A stretch of 62,904 nucleotides of DNA, the filler included, from Olpidium bornovanus S191 (Eukaryota > Fungi > Olpidiomycota): the NCBI GenBank assembly GCA_017911155.1. It is 27 parts of 27 records of this genome, joined end to end, with 100 filler letters (N's around TTAATTAATTAA, not from the genome) between each part and the next. Parts side by side here need not be neighbours in the genome. Positions count along the whole stretch, not along the records: positions 34,373 to 37,902 come from JAEFCI010005370.1; positions 38,003 to 41,198 come from JAEFCI010002767.1; positions 41,299 to 43,978 come from JAEFCI010011786.1; positions 44,079 to 46,138 come from JAEFCI010001298.1; positions 46,239 to 49,903 come from JAEFCI010003013.1; 22 more parts are not named here. One strand, 5' to 3'. Below are positions 36,687 through 47,253 of this stretch, in pieces. The position numbers and the translations under genes were made by a program. The notes beneath the pieces were generated by a model that worked only from the letters and a program-made list of their open reading frames with translations, was not told where the DNA came from and did not search any database. How positions within the stretch are numbered: position 1 is the stretch's first letter; each line of letters starts with the position of its first letter.

Positions 36687-36902
36687 AAAAAAGCGGGTTT
36701 CACCTGGTGAGCCCAGCGACGTGCAGCCCACGACGGTCCTTCCCTCGAAAATAAATCCCGCCTTGCACTCGGCCACGTCGACTGTCCGCACGTTGCCGCT
36801 GCTGATGCCCTCGACGATGTCCGCCGCCGCGAGCGCGGCCGCGGCCGGCACGTGCGCCAACATGCTGCCGACAAACACGGCCATCCGCAGCGCGCTCGTC
36901 AT
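34935..36902 (-). CDS. Type I membrane protein: signal peptide, FN2-like domain, Gly/Asp/Pro linker, TM helix, SH3 (4 exons, complete)
   Basis: Exon 1 36902-36704, exon 2 36520-35756, exon 3 from 35640, last exon ending TAA at 34935; the first two junctions are canonical and in frame. TM AAAIGAIVVGAVAAASLLLIAPVYL-RRKR; SH3 VATNYAPTLSDELAVEPGDIVDVYKK|FDDGWV...GVMPMYCL. Confidence 0.85.
35925..36130 (-). repeat. Coding tandem repeats (39-nt/13-aa PGAGPGNGGGEED-type, about 3.7 copies; 12-aa PGDNGD(E/G)GSEED x2)
   Basis: Direct reading of DNA and translation. Confidence 0.9.
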
Positions 36903-38002
36903 CGCGCCGACCCTATCCTTCCGGCCAGCGGCGGAGGCGGCGCGGTGCGAACCGCGCGCGAACCGGCGCCTGCCCGGGCGACGAGCTTGTCGCAACATTT
37001 TGTCTTCTTCGGTGAGGTTTTTTTTTTTTTTTTTTTCTCCTTTCGGCGTCAAGAGCAAGAGAGAAAAAAAAGAAAAGAAAAAGAAAGAAAAAAGGAAGTA
37101 ATTCCTTTCGCTTCGGGCCTCAAAAAGTTGAAATGAAGAGGGGATTGGATGGGGGGGGGGTTGGGAATTGGGGAGAAGCGGAAGGTTGAAGCGGGGAGGA
37201 AAAACCCGTCTTCTTTGATTGGCTGGTGCGCGAGCAGGAGCACCAGATAGAGGGAGAGATTGAAGGGACGTGCGCGCGTGGAGACGCGGCCGGGGGGAGG
37301 GGGGGCCGGGGGGGGAATGCGGAAATGCGCCATTAAGATTTTTTTTTTCCGAAGGGGGGCGCTCCCCCCACGTGGCCGGCGTGGAAGCGAGAAAAAAACC
37401 CGGCCGATGGCCCTTCCTTCCCCCTTCCCCCCGGCCCAGACGCGCGCGCCAATTCAATCCCCGACACCCGCCCCTCCCTCTTTACCCTCCCCGTCCAATT
37501 GCAAGGGGCGGAAACGAGCGGATGGGATGAGGGAAGGGGAAGAGGGGAGGGCGGAAGAGATTCCGATCGTCGCGAGCGGGGAAACGACGGCGGTGGACAG
37601 CAGGAACGGCAGAGAGCAGGCGTTCGCACCCCCCCCCCCCCCCCAAGCCGGGGGGGGGGGGGGGGGGGGGGGTTTTTCCCCCCCCAAAATTCAACCACCT
37701 TTCCCCCCCTCCCGGAAAGCAACGGCCGGGCCTTCGCACAGAAAAAAATAAAAAAAATAAAAAAAAAATCAGAAAAATTCTCATGCCGCTCGGAAATTTC
37801 CGGGCGGCGGCGGCTGCCCTCTCACAGAGGAAGCCCTCCCGGAAGCGGATGTCGTCCCGGGGCCTGACGCCGTACGAGACCCTGCTGCGGGGCGCCGCCG
37901 ACNNNNNNNNNNNNNNNNNNNNNNNNNNNNNNNNNNNNNNNNNNNNTTAATTAATTAANNNNNNNNNNNNNNNNNNNNNNNNNNNNNNNNNNNNNNNNNN
38001 NN

Positions 38003-38586
38003 CGTAGTTTGCTCGTGATCTTGCGGAAAAGTTGCAACGGTTGTCTGCGGGACTGGGCTAGGAAATTACTTTTAGCCTGGTGGGCAGACCGAACAACGGT
38101 GTCCCGATCGACCGGGTACATGCCAGCGGAGCTACTAACTGGAACGTGCCCGACTTTCCCGGTGGACATGGACATGTTAAGTTGGGCGAGCCTACCATGG
38201 GAGGATGGCTGTACGACAGATGAGCTTAGGAGATGGTGGACTCAGCCCGAACGACACGAGAACAAACCATTGAACCCGGAGAATGGGTCTTAGTGCGGGA
38301 TGATCGAATATTCAACGAGTTTCGGACGGAGGGGAAGCTCTTGCCTCGATGGTTTGGGCCCTATGTTGTGGACGAAATAAACCGAGACACTCGAACTTAC
38401 GTCCTTCGTGAGCTGGATGGAACCTCGTTAAAGACTCGATATTTGGGAACTCAGATCCGGCTGTTCCACCGTCGAACTGGTGAGATGCGAACGGAACTGA
38501 CCCAACTGGAGGCGGAGCTCAGCGAAGAAGACGAGTTGGGACGTGACGAAGAAGAAACAGACCTGTGCTCAAGAATGCACGATTAA
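38003..38586 (+). mobile_element. Ty3/Gypsy integrase C-terminal remnant (frameshifted)
   Basis: WADRTTVSRSTGYMPAELLTG; PGEWVLVR; KLLPRWFGPYVV (GPY/F motif); YVLRELDG. Confidence 0.88.
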
Positions 38587-39031
38587 CACACAACGAGCGT
38601 ATTTGAACTACGATGCCCTGATTTCTCGTCAAGGATACGTAGGCAGTCTATGATCGTTGGATACCCTTCGGGAGACGCGGGACAAATAAAAAATCGTGCA
38701 GCGTGGGACGCGGAAAATTGCCGGAGGACGCACTCGGGACCGGACCAAATTCGCTCGTCGAACACATTTGCTGACAGTGCTATCTGCGGCGTTATGGACG
38801 ATTAGGTCGACGACAGGGAGTGTGGCGCCTCAAGGCTCCAAACGTCAGGTTGAAGGCGAGGAAGGGATGGCGGCGATATTGAATGAAGGAGGCAGGGTGA
38901 TCAAGTTTCAACTACGAATTGCCAGGACCAAATTCCAAAACTTGATCTCGAAATTCCACCGTACTCACGGTTTTTTTTTTATTTATTTCGTTTCCCTCTG
39001 GAAGGAAAGGGAAAGGGAAGTGGCGTCGCGA

Positions 39032-40403
39032 CTACGGAGCGGGCGGCGTGTCAGCTGCCGCCGAGCCGGGAGCCGACACGTTGCCACTGGAGGAAGACCC
39101 GCCGGGAGCAACGGTCGCCGAGGAAGACCCGCTGGCAGATGGCATCGCGGGCGCGGCCACTGAGGAATGCTCGCTGATAGCAAGGGGCACGGGGACCGAA
39201 GAGGCGGAAGTCGACGACCGGAGGGCGACTGCGGCGGTTGTCCGCGACCGCGTGCTACGATGACTGCTGGGGGCGGTGGCGGTTGCGATCCTGCGACTTG
39301 TTGTGGAGGCTGAAGTGGAGCCGGATGTTGCCGGGGCAGGCGCATGTCTGGTCGTCGACGCGGAGGCGTGGCTGGCGCGAGCTTGCAACCGTGTGACGCG
39401 ATCCGAAGGGGGAGGAGCGCCCTCGTCCCTGCCGCCTCCCTCAGGATTGTCGTCGTCGTCGCGCGGAACGTCCCGCCAAATATCTGAGAAGAGAAAATTT
39501 CGTGAGCGTGTTTGGCTTTGGTCGACCCGGGACATGTCGATGGGAGGATCCTCTCGTGCGACCGCGAGCCGGCGAAGAAAATTATAGGATTCGGCGCTTT
39601 GGTGGAGCTCCAAGAACCAAGAGTTCCGGGCGCGGGGAGAAATGGCTGCCAGGGCATCGTCTGCAAGCTCGGCGTCTGGCTGCGGCGGAGAGACCGGGTG
39701 CATGAGGACGCGAACCTGAATATAACTGTCGTCGGCGACGAGAGCGGGGCGCGGATCGTAGTCGCGATCTTCGGGGCCGCCGGGGCCACAATACTGCGTG
39801 TCTGACGGCAAGAACAGGAATTCCAGATCGCGAGGATCCGCGGGAAGCCAAAAGGAGGCTAGCCAATTCATGACCTGGAGGAAGGCGTCAATCATCAATC
39901 GGCGAAGTCTGCAAGTAGACGTGGAAGAGGTTATCTATCAAAGTGGAGTTACAGTACGAAGGAGGGACCAAAACTGACTGGAGGAGGGCGAAGCAGGTTT
40001 CGGTACATCCGTCCTCGTGGACGGCGCGAAACCTCCACGCGTAATGGATGAACCGGATCATCTGCCCGCGCAGAGTACATTGACGTTCTGGCGTCGGCCG
40101 ATCGGCAACGCACGCAGCTGCGGCCGCCAGCAAACTGCGGGAGTCTCGCAACCGGTGCGCCCAGAAGGCCGTGTATATCCGACGGGTGGCGGCGTCGAGA
40201 CGCCTCTCGGTGAAAGCGGACGAAGTGGACGCAGGGGCAGCGGACGCAGAGGACGACATTGTGGCTAGGTGGACGGGTGGACGCAGCGGAGACTGAAGTG
40301 CGGAGTAATGGTGCGGGGCAAGTGGCGTTGGTGGAGCCAAATCCGACTCGTTAAAAACCAAAAGAGCTGTCAGCCACGTGATACACCATGACTGCCGAAA
40401 CAA
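39032..40403 (-). CDS. Two adjacent unidentified ORFs (39888-40403 and 39032-39898), no evident introns
   Basis: 171- and 288-codon open frames overlapping by 11 nt next to the Gypsy remnant; no family recognised. Confidence 0.35.
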
Positions 40404-41490
40404 GTTCGTCAGTCACGGGGGGGCGGCTGTAGTGAAGGGGAACGAAGGGTACGAGGGGAAAACGGGGGAAACCATGAGGAAACCAAAAACCGCACATTAT
40501 ATTCCAGAAACCGAGCATAGAATTCGAACTATTGCAGAAGAGTGGAAGGCTGGTTGCCACAGAGGAATTTTGTACTACGCGTAGGCCCCTTTTTTCCTCC
40601 TCTAAAAACGCGTGCAAACTCACACAAAAGGCAGTCGACTCTCCTTCCTCCCGCTCTCTCTCCCTCTCTTTCTTAACGCGTAAGCGCCCACTCTTAACGC
40701 GCACTCGCCCACTCTTAACATAAACTGTCCCATGAAAAGGAGGCCCTGCGTCGACGTGAAAACCTGTCTTCCTTGGTCTCAGTTATGCAATAGCGCTCTT
40801 CGATTGGCGGGTTTCGAGGGGGACTATTCTATTGGTCGGCCCCCGGGTTCGGGGGCCGTCCTGCCCTCGATCCCGCCGCCACCTCCGCCCTTCAACCGCC
40901 TCTCGCCCTTTGCCCTGCACCCTTCGCCCGCTGCCCTTCGCCCGCCGCCCGCCTTCTGTGGCGTCGGTCGACGGGCGGTTTGAGGGCCGTGCTTACAGCA
41001 CAGCGCTACGCGCAGATCACGTATTTCGCACGTTACAGGTGAAATTGTAATAAGTCGAAGCCTCATATTCGATGAATCATGTATGCCTGCCAAAGATGGC
41101 TGGAACGATCTGAAGAAACTCTCCCAGTTCAGGGAAGCGCCAGTAACACCAACGATCCTGTCGAGTGACTCTGAAGATGACAGAGGAGACCTCGAGGANN
41201 NNNNNNNNNNNNNNNNNNNNNNNNNNNNNNNNNNNNNNNNNNTTAATTAATTAANNNNNNNNNNNNNNNNNNNNNNNNNNNNNNNNNNNNNNNNNNNNCA
41301 TGAAAGTCGCGGCCGCCACCAAGAGGTATAGCGCGCCGGCCGCGATGCCCAGCGAAAACAATAAAACGGGACGGGCGGCCCCGCGTCTCTTACAGCCGGA
41401 GCCGCTTGCGGTTGACTTCTGTATCGCCGAGGATTAGTCGGCGTACAACTCACAGTACCACAAACACAGCCGCGCATCCAGTAGAAAATT

Positions 41491-43446
41491 CTACTTACCT
41501 TCATCTCCCGCGTCCCCAAAATCTCCCTCGGTATCGGATCGCTTTAGCCCTGCACAGCGTTTTACGCTAAACCCTTCGGAACTGGGTTGGAAGCCCTCTA
41601 TACCGAGTGTATCCGTTGGCTGCGGCACAGGCGAAAAGTGCGCCGATTCGTCGTTGTCAGATTGATCGCTTTCGGACTGTACTTCTTCGTATGTTGCTAA
41701 AAAGCATTCCCCGGTAAGCGAATCGGTATGTGCGCTGTCCCGCGAATTTTGAGCAAGCAAGTAGTTCTGCTCGGGCAACAGCGGTTCATCAAGCGCTTCC
41801 CTCGGCAACGTATCGTCGAGGGCAGTTTGAGAAACTATATTGATGCGAGGACAGAAGAGCCCGAAGGATTAGGCAAAGCGTCTTCTGGAGTGGGGCCACG
41901 GTACTAATTTTTCAGGTTTCTCACCAAGGTCAGTAGCAAGCTCAGCCGGCAAAGCAACTGAAGGGTTCGCATCATCTACCAAATCGTCGTTGTCATCTGC
42001 AACAGAACTCTGCGCGGTACGTTGGCTCTCGTCCTCGTCGTCGCTGCCCTCCTCATCGGCAACGAAACTCGAAGCGACATGCCCCTCGTGGTTGTCGCTG
42101 CCGAAGCTACCGGATTTGGCCCGACCGGCCTCGCTTCCTTCCTGCTTTCGTTCATCCGGTCGACTGACAAGCTCACCATCTTCTGCATGGGCTATTTCTT
42201 TAACCCTGCCGTCCGTTCCATCGACACCATTTCCCCCATCGTGTTCCTCGTTTCCGTTTATCTCCTCATTTCCCTCCTGCTCTTCAATGGTCTCACCACC
42301 TTCCTCGTCGCTGGAGTAATCGCCCTCGAGGTAGGACTGGCCTCCGCACTCTCCCGACTCGAACCCTTTTTTCTCGCCGCCGTCGTCGCTGTCACTTGTC
42401 ATTACGTATTCTGAAACTTTATCTGGCCGACAAAATAGGAAACCGATTAGCTGTCCCGATAAATACTATTGTGGGAAGTCACGGAATTCGGGAGACCCAC
42501 CAGTTAGCATCAGCATCTCCAGGAAGTTCACCCTTTCTGAATGCTTTGGGAAATCCCAAACGTTAATATGAAGTTGAACTTGCGCCGAGTCGCCCAATCG
42601 GTACCTATGTAAGGTGTCGAGCATCATCCGAAGGTAATCGAGCGTGATACCCTGCAACCCAAACGTATCTCCATAAGTAACAAACGTTGCGGATCACAGA
42701 ACAAAATTAAACAAGTCGGAAGGTTGGCAAAAGGCAAGGAAACAAGTTCGCTCTCGTACCTTACTGTCGTCCCTCCCTTCCACGAAGCAAAGTTCGAGCT
42801 GCGGAAACTCAACAAAAGTATCCCGATGTTCGCCGATCTCCAGCGAAGATTTCAGAGCGGTGACGAAGTGAGATAGAGGAAGATCGTAGAGCTCATCCCT
42901 TCCACTCAACAACACGGCGGGAGAAGAACCGTAAGGAAGCACGGCGTCGGTCCGCTCGAAAACTTGGCCACTGCTGACAGTGTCAGAGCTCCCATCCTGG
43001 CTGACTCTAAAGAGCATGTACCGCTTCCCGTCGTACGACAGGACGGCAGGGGGCGCCTCATCCGCCACGCATTCCGTGTCATCCTCCTCCTCGGGAAGCT
43101 CGGGATTAAGCACGAGCTCGTCGTGCAGCGCTTCAGGTCCTCTACCGGCCGGGCTTCCGTGGTGCTGCTCGTCAGCAAACGCGGACTTAACGACAAGGTC
43201 TCCTGCCGGCGACGGCTCCGCAACGACGGCGGGAGCCGACACGACCGGCATGAGAGCGCTGTGACGTGGGGCGGGGGACGAGGAAGCACCACAGAAGGCC
43301 GCCGGCGGCGCCCTCACCGGCGAACCGGAGGGGAGGACGGGGAGCTGGCGGCGGTGCAGCACAGTAGAAGGGGCTACAGAAGCAAGCGCTCCGGCGCCGA
43401 GCAAGGGGTACCCGTACTGCGCAGGGGCGGAGGAAGACGCGAGCAT
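41491..43446 (-). CDS. DUF2420/Rmr1-like fungal protein with long acidic region
   Basis: LSYDGKRYMLF...LYDLPLSHFVTALK...VEFPQLELCFVE|...ITLDYLRMMLDTL...RVNFL, then D/E-rich exons. Confidence 0.5.
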
Positions 43447-44078
43447 TGCCTTGCGGTCGTTGGGGGTGGGAGAGGGGAGGGGGAAAGCCGAGAATTGGAG
43501 GAAAAAGGAAGAGGACAGGGTGGAAGGGCCGGCTGCGTCTTCGTCGTTCGCGGCGGGAATTGCGAAAGGGGGAACCGGGAAACCCGCACGCAAACCACGT
43601 GACCAGCACATGAACAGCCCCCCCCCCCCCCCCCCCCCACCCCCCCCCCCCCCCCCCCCCCCAAATCGCCCCTAACCGGTTCCAGACTCCATCGCCCGCC
43701 CTCGCGCACTGCGGATCAGACTGATCGACACGAAGCCCCTTTGAGCTACTGCGCAAATGGGCGGATTTGCGGCCAGCGGCGTGGATGCAGTTTTGACAGT
43801 CATATGCCAGCGCCTGAACTTGTTAGGCAAAGAACGAGACTCTCGGTTCTGCTTCTCCACCTTTATCCTTTTGCCCGCTCGACGATCCACCTGTGCCGAC
43901 CGGCGTGAAGGCCGCGATGCATTCCGCGGACTACGTTTCAGCTAATTTTGTCAAAAAGTTTCTACGCGCTCGCGCATGNNNNNNNNNNNNNNNNNNNNNN
44001 NNNNNNNNNNNNNNNNNNNNNNTTAATTAATTAANNNNNNNNNNNNNNNNNNNNNNNNNNNNNNNNNNNNNNNNNNNN

Positions 44079-45501
44079 AACCGGAAGCCCCGCGTGTCTA
44101 GAAGTGTGGCTGTCTTCTTGTGCATATACCTACCCGCTGTCTGGGGTGACAATACGGAATCCTTGATTCCATCACCCCAATACCTCAATTTCTAAGAGGG
44201 TAACCTGGAGGAAAACAAGGTCGCGCGGGGGCGTTCTTCAATGGTTTGGTTAAATCGTTCCACGATGCCATTTTGCTCGGGGGTATCGCATATAGTCAAC
44301 TGGGAACAAATACCGCACGTGTTCAAATAGTCAATCTAATCTCCAGACATATATTCCCCCCCCCCGGTCCGTGCGATAGATTTTAATTTTCTGCCCTGTG
44401 ACGCGCTCAATAAAGGCTTGAAAAAGTTTGAATGCGGTAAGTAAAATCCAGGTGTCGTGGGAGGGAATTGTGAATGATTTTGCGTAGCGTGCGGAATGCT
44501 CGATGTACATTACGATGTACTTGGAGTTGTCGTGACCGAGTGGGAGCAGTCCGACGACATCCGAATGGACGAGTTCGGCTTTGGAATAGACGGTGGTGCT
44601 GGCGGGATGGGGGTGTCTGGTGTGTTTGCGAGTGTGCAATTTTCGCAGTGATTAGTATTGTCGGGAAGAATGCGAATTTTTGGCATACCTTGCACCATAG
44701 TCTGGACGCGCTGAAAGTTTTTAAATCCTAGGTGACAGAAACGCCGGTGCCAGATATCGACGTCGGGCTGGCTGACGGACAGGGCGACCCGGCCCAGCTG
44801 TGCCTCTTCTCCGGCGCCGTCTGCATTGGGGTTCACTGCGGCATCCGTGTCCAAAGGGGGAGCCTCGTCTAGGACGAAGAGATCTTGCGGCGTGCGGTGG
44901 CGGCGGGCGATTATGGCACCGGCCTTGTAAAAAAGCACGGAGCCGTTTGGCTCGAAGATGATACGGATTCCCTGACGAGTGGTTTTGCCTATCGACAAAA
45001 GGATATGTCGAACGTTAGGAGCGTATAGGACATTACGTACCTTGAGGGGACGCTCGGAACCGTGTACGCGGATGGTGCCGATTTCAGCGGTCGAGGAACC
45101 CTCATCGTCGGCGTTGGCCGTGTAGAGCTTGGTCGTTTGTGAGGTGTCTAGGGAGCTGAAACGCAAAATGTCTGGAGAACTGTGATCAGTAGCACCGCAG
45201 TCGAGAAGGATCTGCGTGCGGCCGTTTATGCGCACTCGATTTACCCGATTCACGACAGTGTTCAACAGAACGGCATCGGCCGGCGGATCGGGTGCGCGTT
45301 CTGGTTCGGCATTTGCGTTAATGTTATTCGCCCGTGGGCGAGGTGGATTGCCCCTCTTGTTCTTCGGTTGCGTCGGGACAACGCGTTCCGAGGTGACCTT
45401 TCCGTTTGCAATGCCTGAAATTACTTCAGACCAGGGAATTAGTTGCCTGGGTCGGAATTTTCGAAGAAAAATTATTTTGGGGGGGAGTTTTGCAGGGTAA
45501 C
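44079..45501 (-). mobile_element. Ty1/Copia gag-pol remnant (protease, GAG-pre-integrase, integrase)
   Basis: ILLDCGATDH (protease); NVLYAPNVRHILLSIGK; DIWHRRFCHLG...CENC (Zn-binding); ELVHSDVVG (integrase); QNGIVER on the minus strand; frameshifts near 44630 and 44360. Confidence 0.95.
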
Positions 45502-45517
45502 TGTTGCGCATCAAAAG

Positions 45518-45933
45518 TGGGCTGACCGAGGGTCGAACTCGGGACCTTCTGTAGTGGACACTCTATTATTCCCTCATTCCTCCGCCCAACACATCGCCTT
45601 CTATCGCTGTACTGTTTGACCCCGATGCCTCCCGTTCGACCTCAAGGCTTTCCGTTCGCTCTCGACGCTTCCGTTCGATCCCGAGACCTCCCGCTCGATC
45701 TCGAAGCCCTTCGCTCGATCCCAATGCTTTTGCCCGACTTTGATACCCACCGCTCGAGCTCGACGTAACGCCCGCTTCTCCCTATTGTTGGGCTCCAATC
45801 GAGGGGGGCCCCTGTACCTAAACCCCTGGTGTCCCCCCTCTTCTAATAAACACAAGAACCCTTTGCCGGACACACCACACCCACAACACTTCCCTGTCCA
45901 GGAGGGACGCTCTACCAACTGAGATATCTGCCC
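45518..45933 (-). tRNA. tRNA-like sequence inside the TRIM 3' LTR (interrupted; not a functional tRNA)
   Basis: GGGCAGA TA TCTC AGTTGGTA GAGC G TCCCT CCTGGAC AGGGA AG|GTC CCGAG TTCGACC CTCGG TCAGCCC A, then CTTTT. A partial second copy at 46138-46093 has loop CCGGGAT. Confidence 0.85.
45550..45888 (+). mobile_element. Solo LTR (339 bp) with 4-bp target-site duplication
   Basis: TGTAGTGG...CCACAACA termini (7/8 inverted match); CTTC duplicated at 45546-45549 and 45889-45892; AATAAA at 45845. Confidence 0.85.
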
Positions 45934-46064
45934 TATTCACCAAGTGTCTGGCTCGCCTTGCGAAGCCATTCCAACACCCCCCCTCGAGCCAGGCACCTCA
46001 GGCACTGCTGTCAACGGGGCTCAGCCACCCGCGCAACCACAATCGGAGGGACGAAGTCACGATT

Positions 46065-46076
46065 GGGCTCATAACC
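46065..46076 (-). promoter_or_regulatory. Primer-binding site complementary to the tRNA(iMet) anticodon arm
   Basis: Plus strand GGGCTCATAACC equals the initiator tRNA anticodon stem-loop sequence, the Ty5/copia half-tRNA priming type; directly abuts the LTR terminal CA. Confidence 0.88.
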
Positions 46077-46238
46077 TGTTGCGCATCAAAAGTGGGCCGA
46101 CCGAGGGTCGAACTCGGGACCTTCCCTATCCCGGAGGGNNNNNNNNNNNNNNNNNNNNNNNNNNNNNNNNNNNNNNNNNNNNTTAATTAATTAANNNNNN
46201 NNNNNNNNNNNNNNNNNNNNNNNNNNNNNNNNNNNNNN

Positions 46239-47253
46239 CATGGACGTCCTCAAGGCCCATCTCCGCAAGCTCGTCAGCCATCCGCATTTGTATGTCCCGT
46301 TGGGTATCTATTTTGTAATCGTCTGATAGACCATCCACTTTATGAATGAAGACCTCAAAAAGCAAATTCGGATTCACCCGGTGTGCCTGTGTGATGGTCG
46401 AGTGCAGGTTGGCTAGAGCGTCGACATAGTCATCCTGCCGACCGATCCGCGCGCAAAACTACGGAGTTAGCCGACGTAGCGGGCAATTTGTTCTTCCCTT
46501 CGTGTTAGCAATCCGGCGTTACCTGCGCGTCAATTACGTATATCAGGGCTCCGGACTGAGCAAAAATGCGGCTTGGGACGTATTCCGGATCGTGGTAATC
46601 TACAGGTCCAGGAAAGTCCCATACACCAAACTCTAAGAACGACCTGCCAACGACCAACCGAGTGAGAGGTGGTGTGAACGACCTGCAGCAGGAATACACC
46701 GAGGTCCAACAATGCCGCAACTCCGCCGGCTCACAGAGTGCCCTTCGACAGGCTGCTCACAGTACTGTATCCTTCTGCAGCTTGTTGGTACTTTCCAGGA
46801 AAAGCGTATCGTTCGCGGACAACTTGTGGAACACGACTTTCTGAATGCTAGACTTACCGCTCCTGTTCGCAAAACGTGTAGGTATAGGGCGGAGCGGACG
46901 TCAGAGCAACTACCATCAAGGCCAGCGCCAGCGACGAGATGTAGCGACATGTGTGCTCGCACGTAAAAAAATCTGTTTCTTATGCGCCGTAGACTGTAGC
47001 ACTTCAGTTTGTCTGCTCGACGCGCGATCGCGCCGGCGGCCATGGCTCCGTACGGAAAGACGGGGAAGAGGAGTACGTCGGTTTCCGCCTCGCTCCCATC
47101 TCACCTTCGCAGCCCCATTAATAGCAGGCGCGGTTTCTGCTCGTCGTATTCTGACACCTCTGGATATGCACCGGCAGTCACAGACGCCACCTCCGGGTAG
47201 AACTGGAGCGTGTCGCCGGCGTCTGGTCGGTACATGCCTCCCTCTGCATACAT
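46239..47253 (-). CDS. GTR2: Rag C/D GTPase Gtr2, 5' multi-exon fragment
   Basis: [11 protein letters not shown]|[23 protein letters not shown]; VWDFPGP; [10 protein letters not shown]|DDY; [14 protein letters not shown]. Confidence 0.95.

Larger units (their letters stand above)
45502..46138 (-). mobile_element. TRIM with tRNA-derived LTRs (Helenus/TRIMp3-like); 5' LTR truncated by the gap
   Basis: Minus strand: 5' LTR end ...GATGCGCAACA (46077), PBS GGTTATGAGCCC (46076-46065), 100-bp interior, PPT GAGGGGGGG (45985-45977), 3' LTR TGTTGG...CAACA (45976-45502; 132 bp after removing the nested insert). Confidence 0.88.

Noticed and set aside
45518-45933. Functional tRNA-Pro gene with an intron
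   Set aside because: The 339-bp insert has LTR termini and a TSD; the stems have mismatches; the anticodon differs between copies; it is embedded in LTRs.
46766-46775. GTATCCTT U12-type donor on the + strand
   Set aside because: It is the antisense of GTR2 coding sequence (LQKDT).
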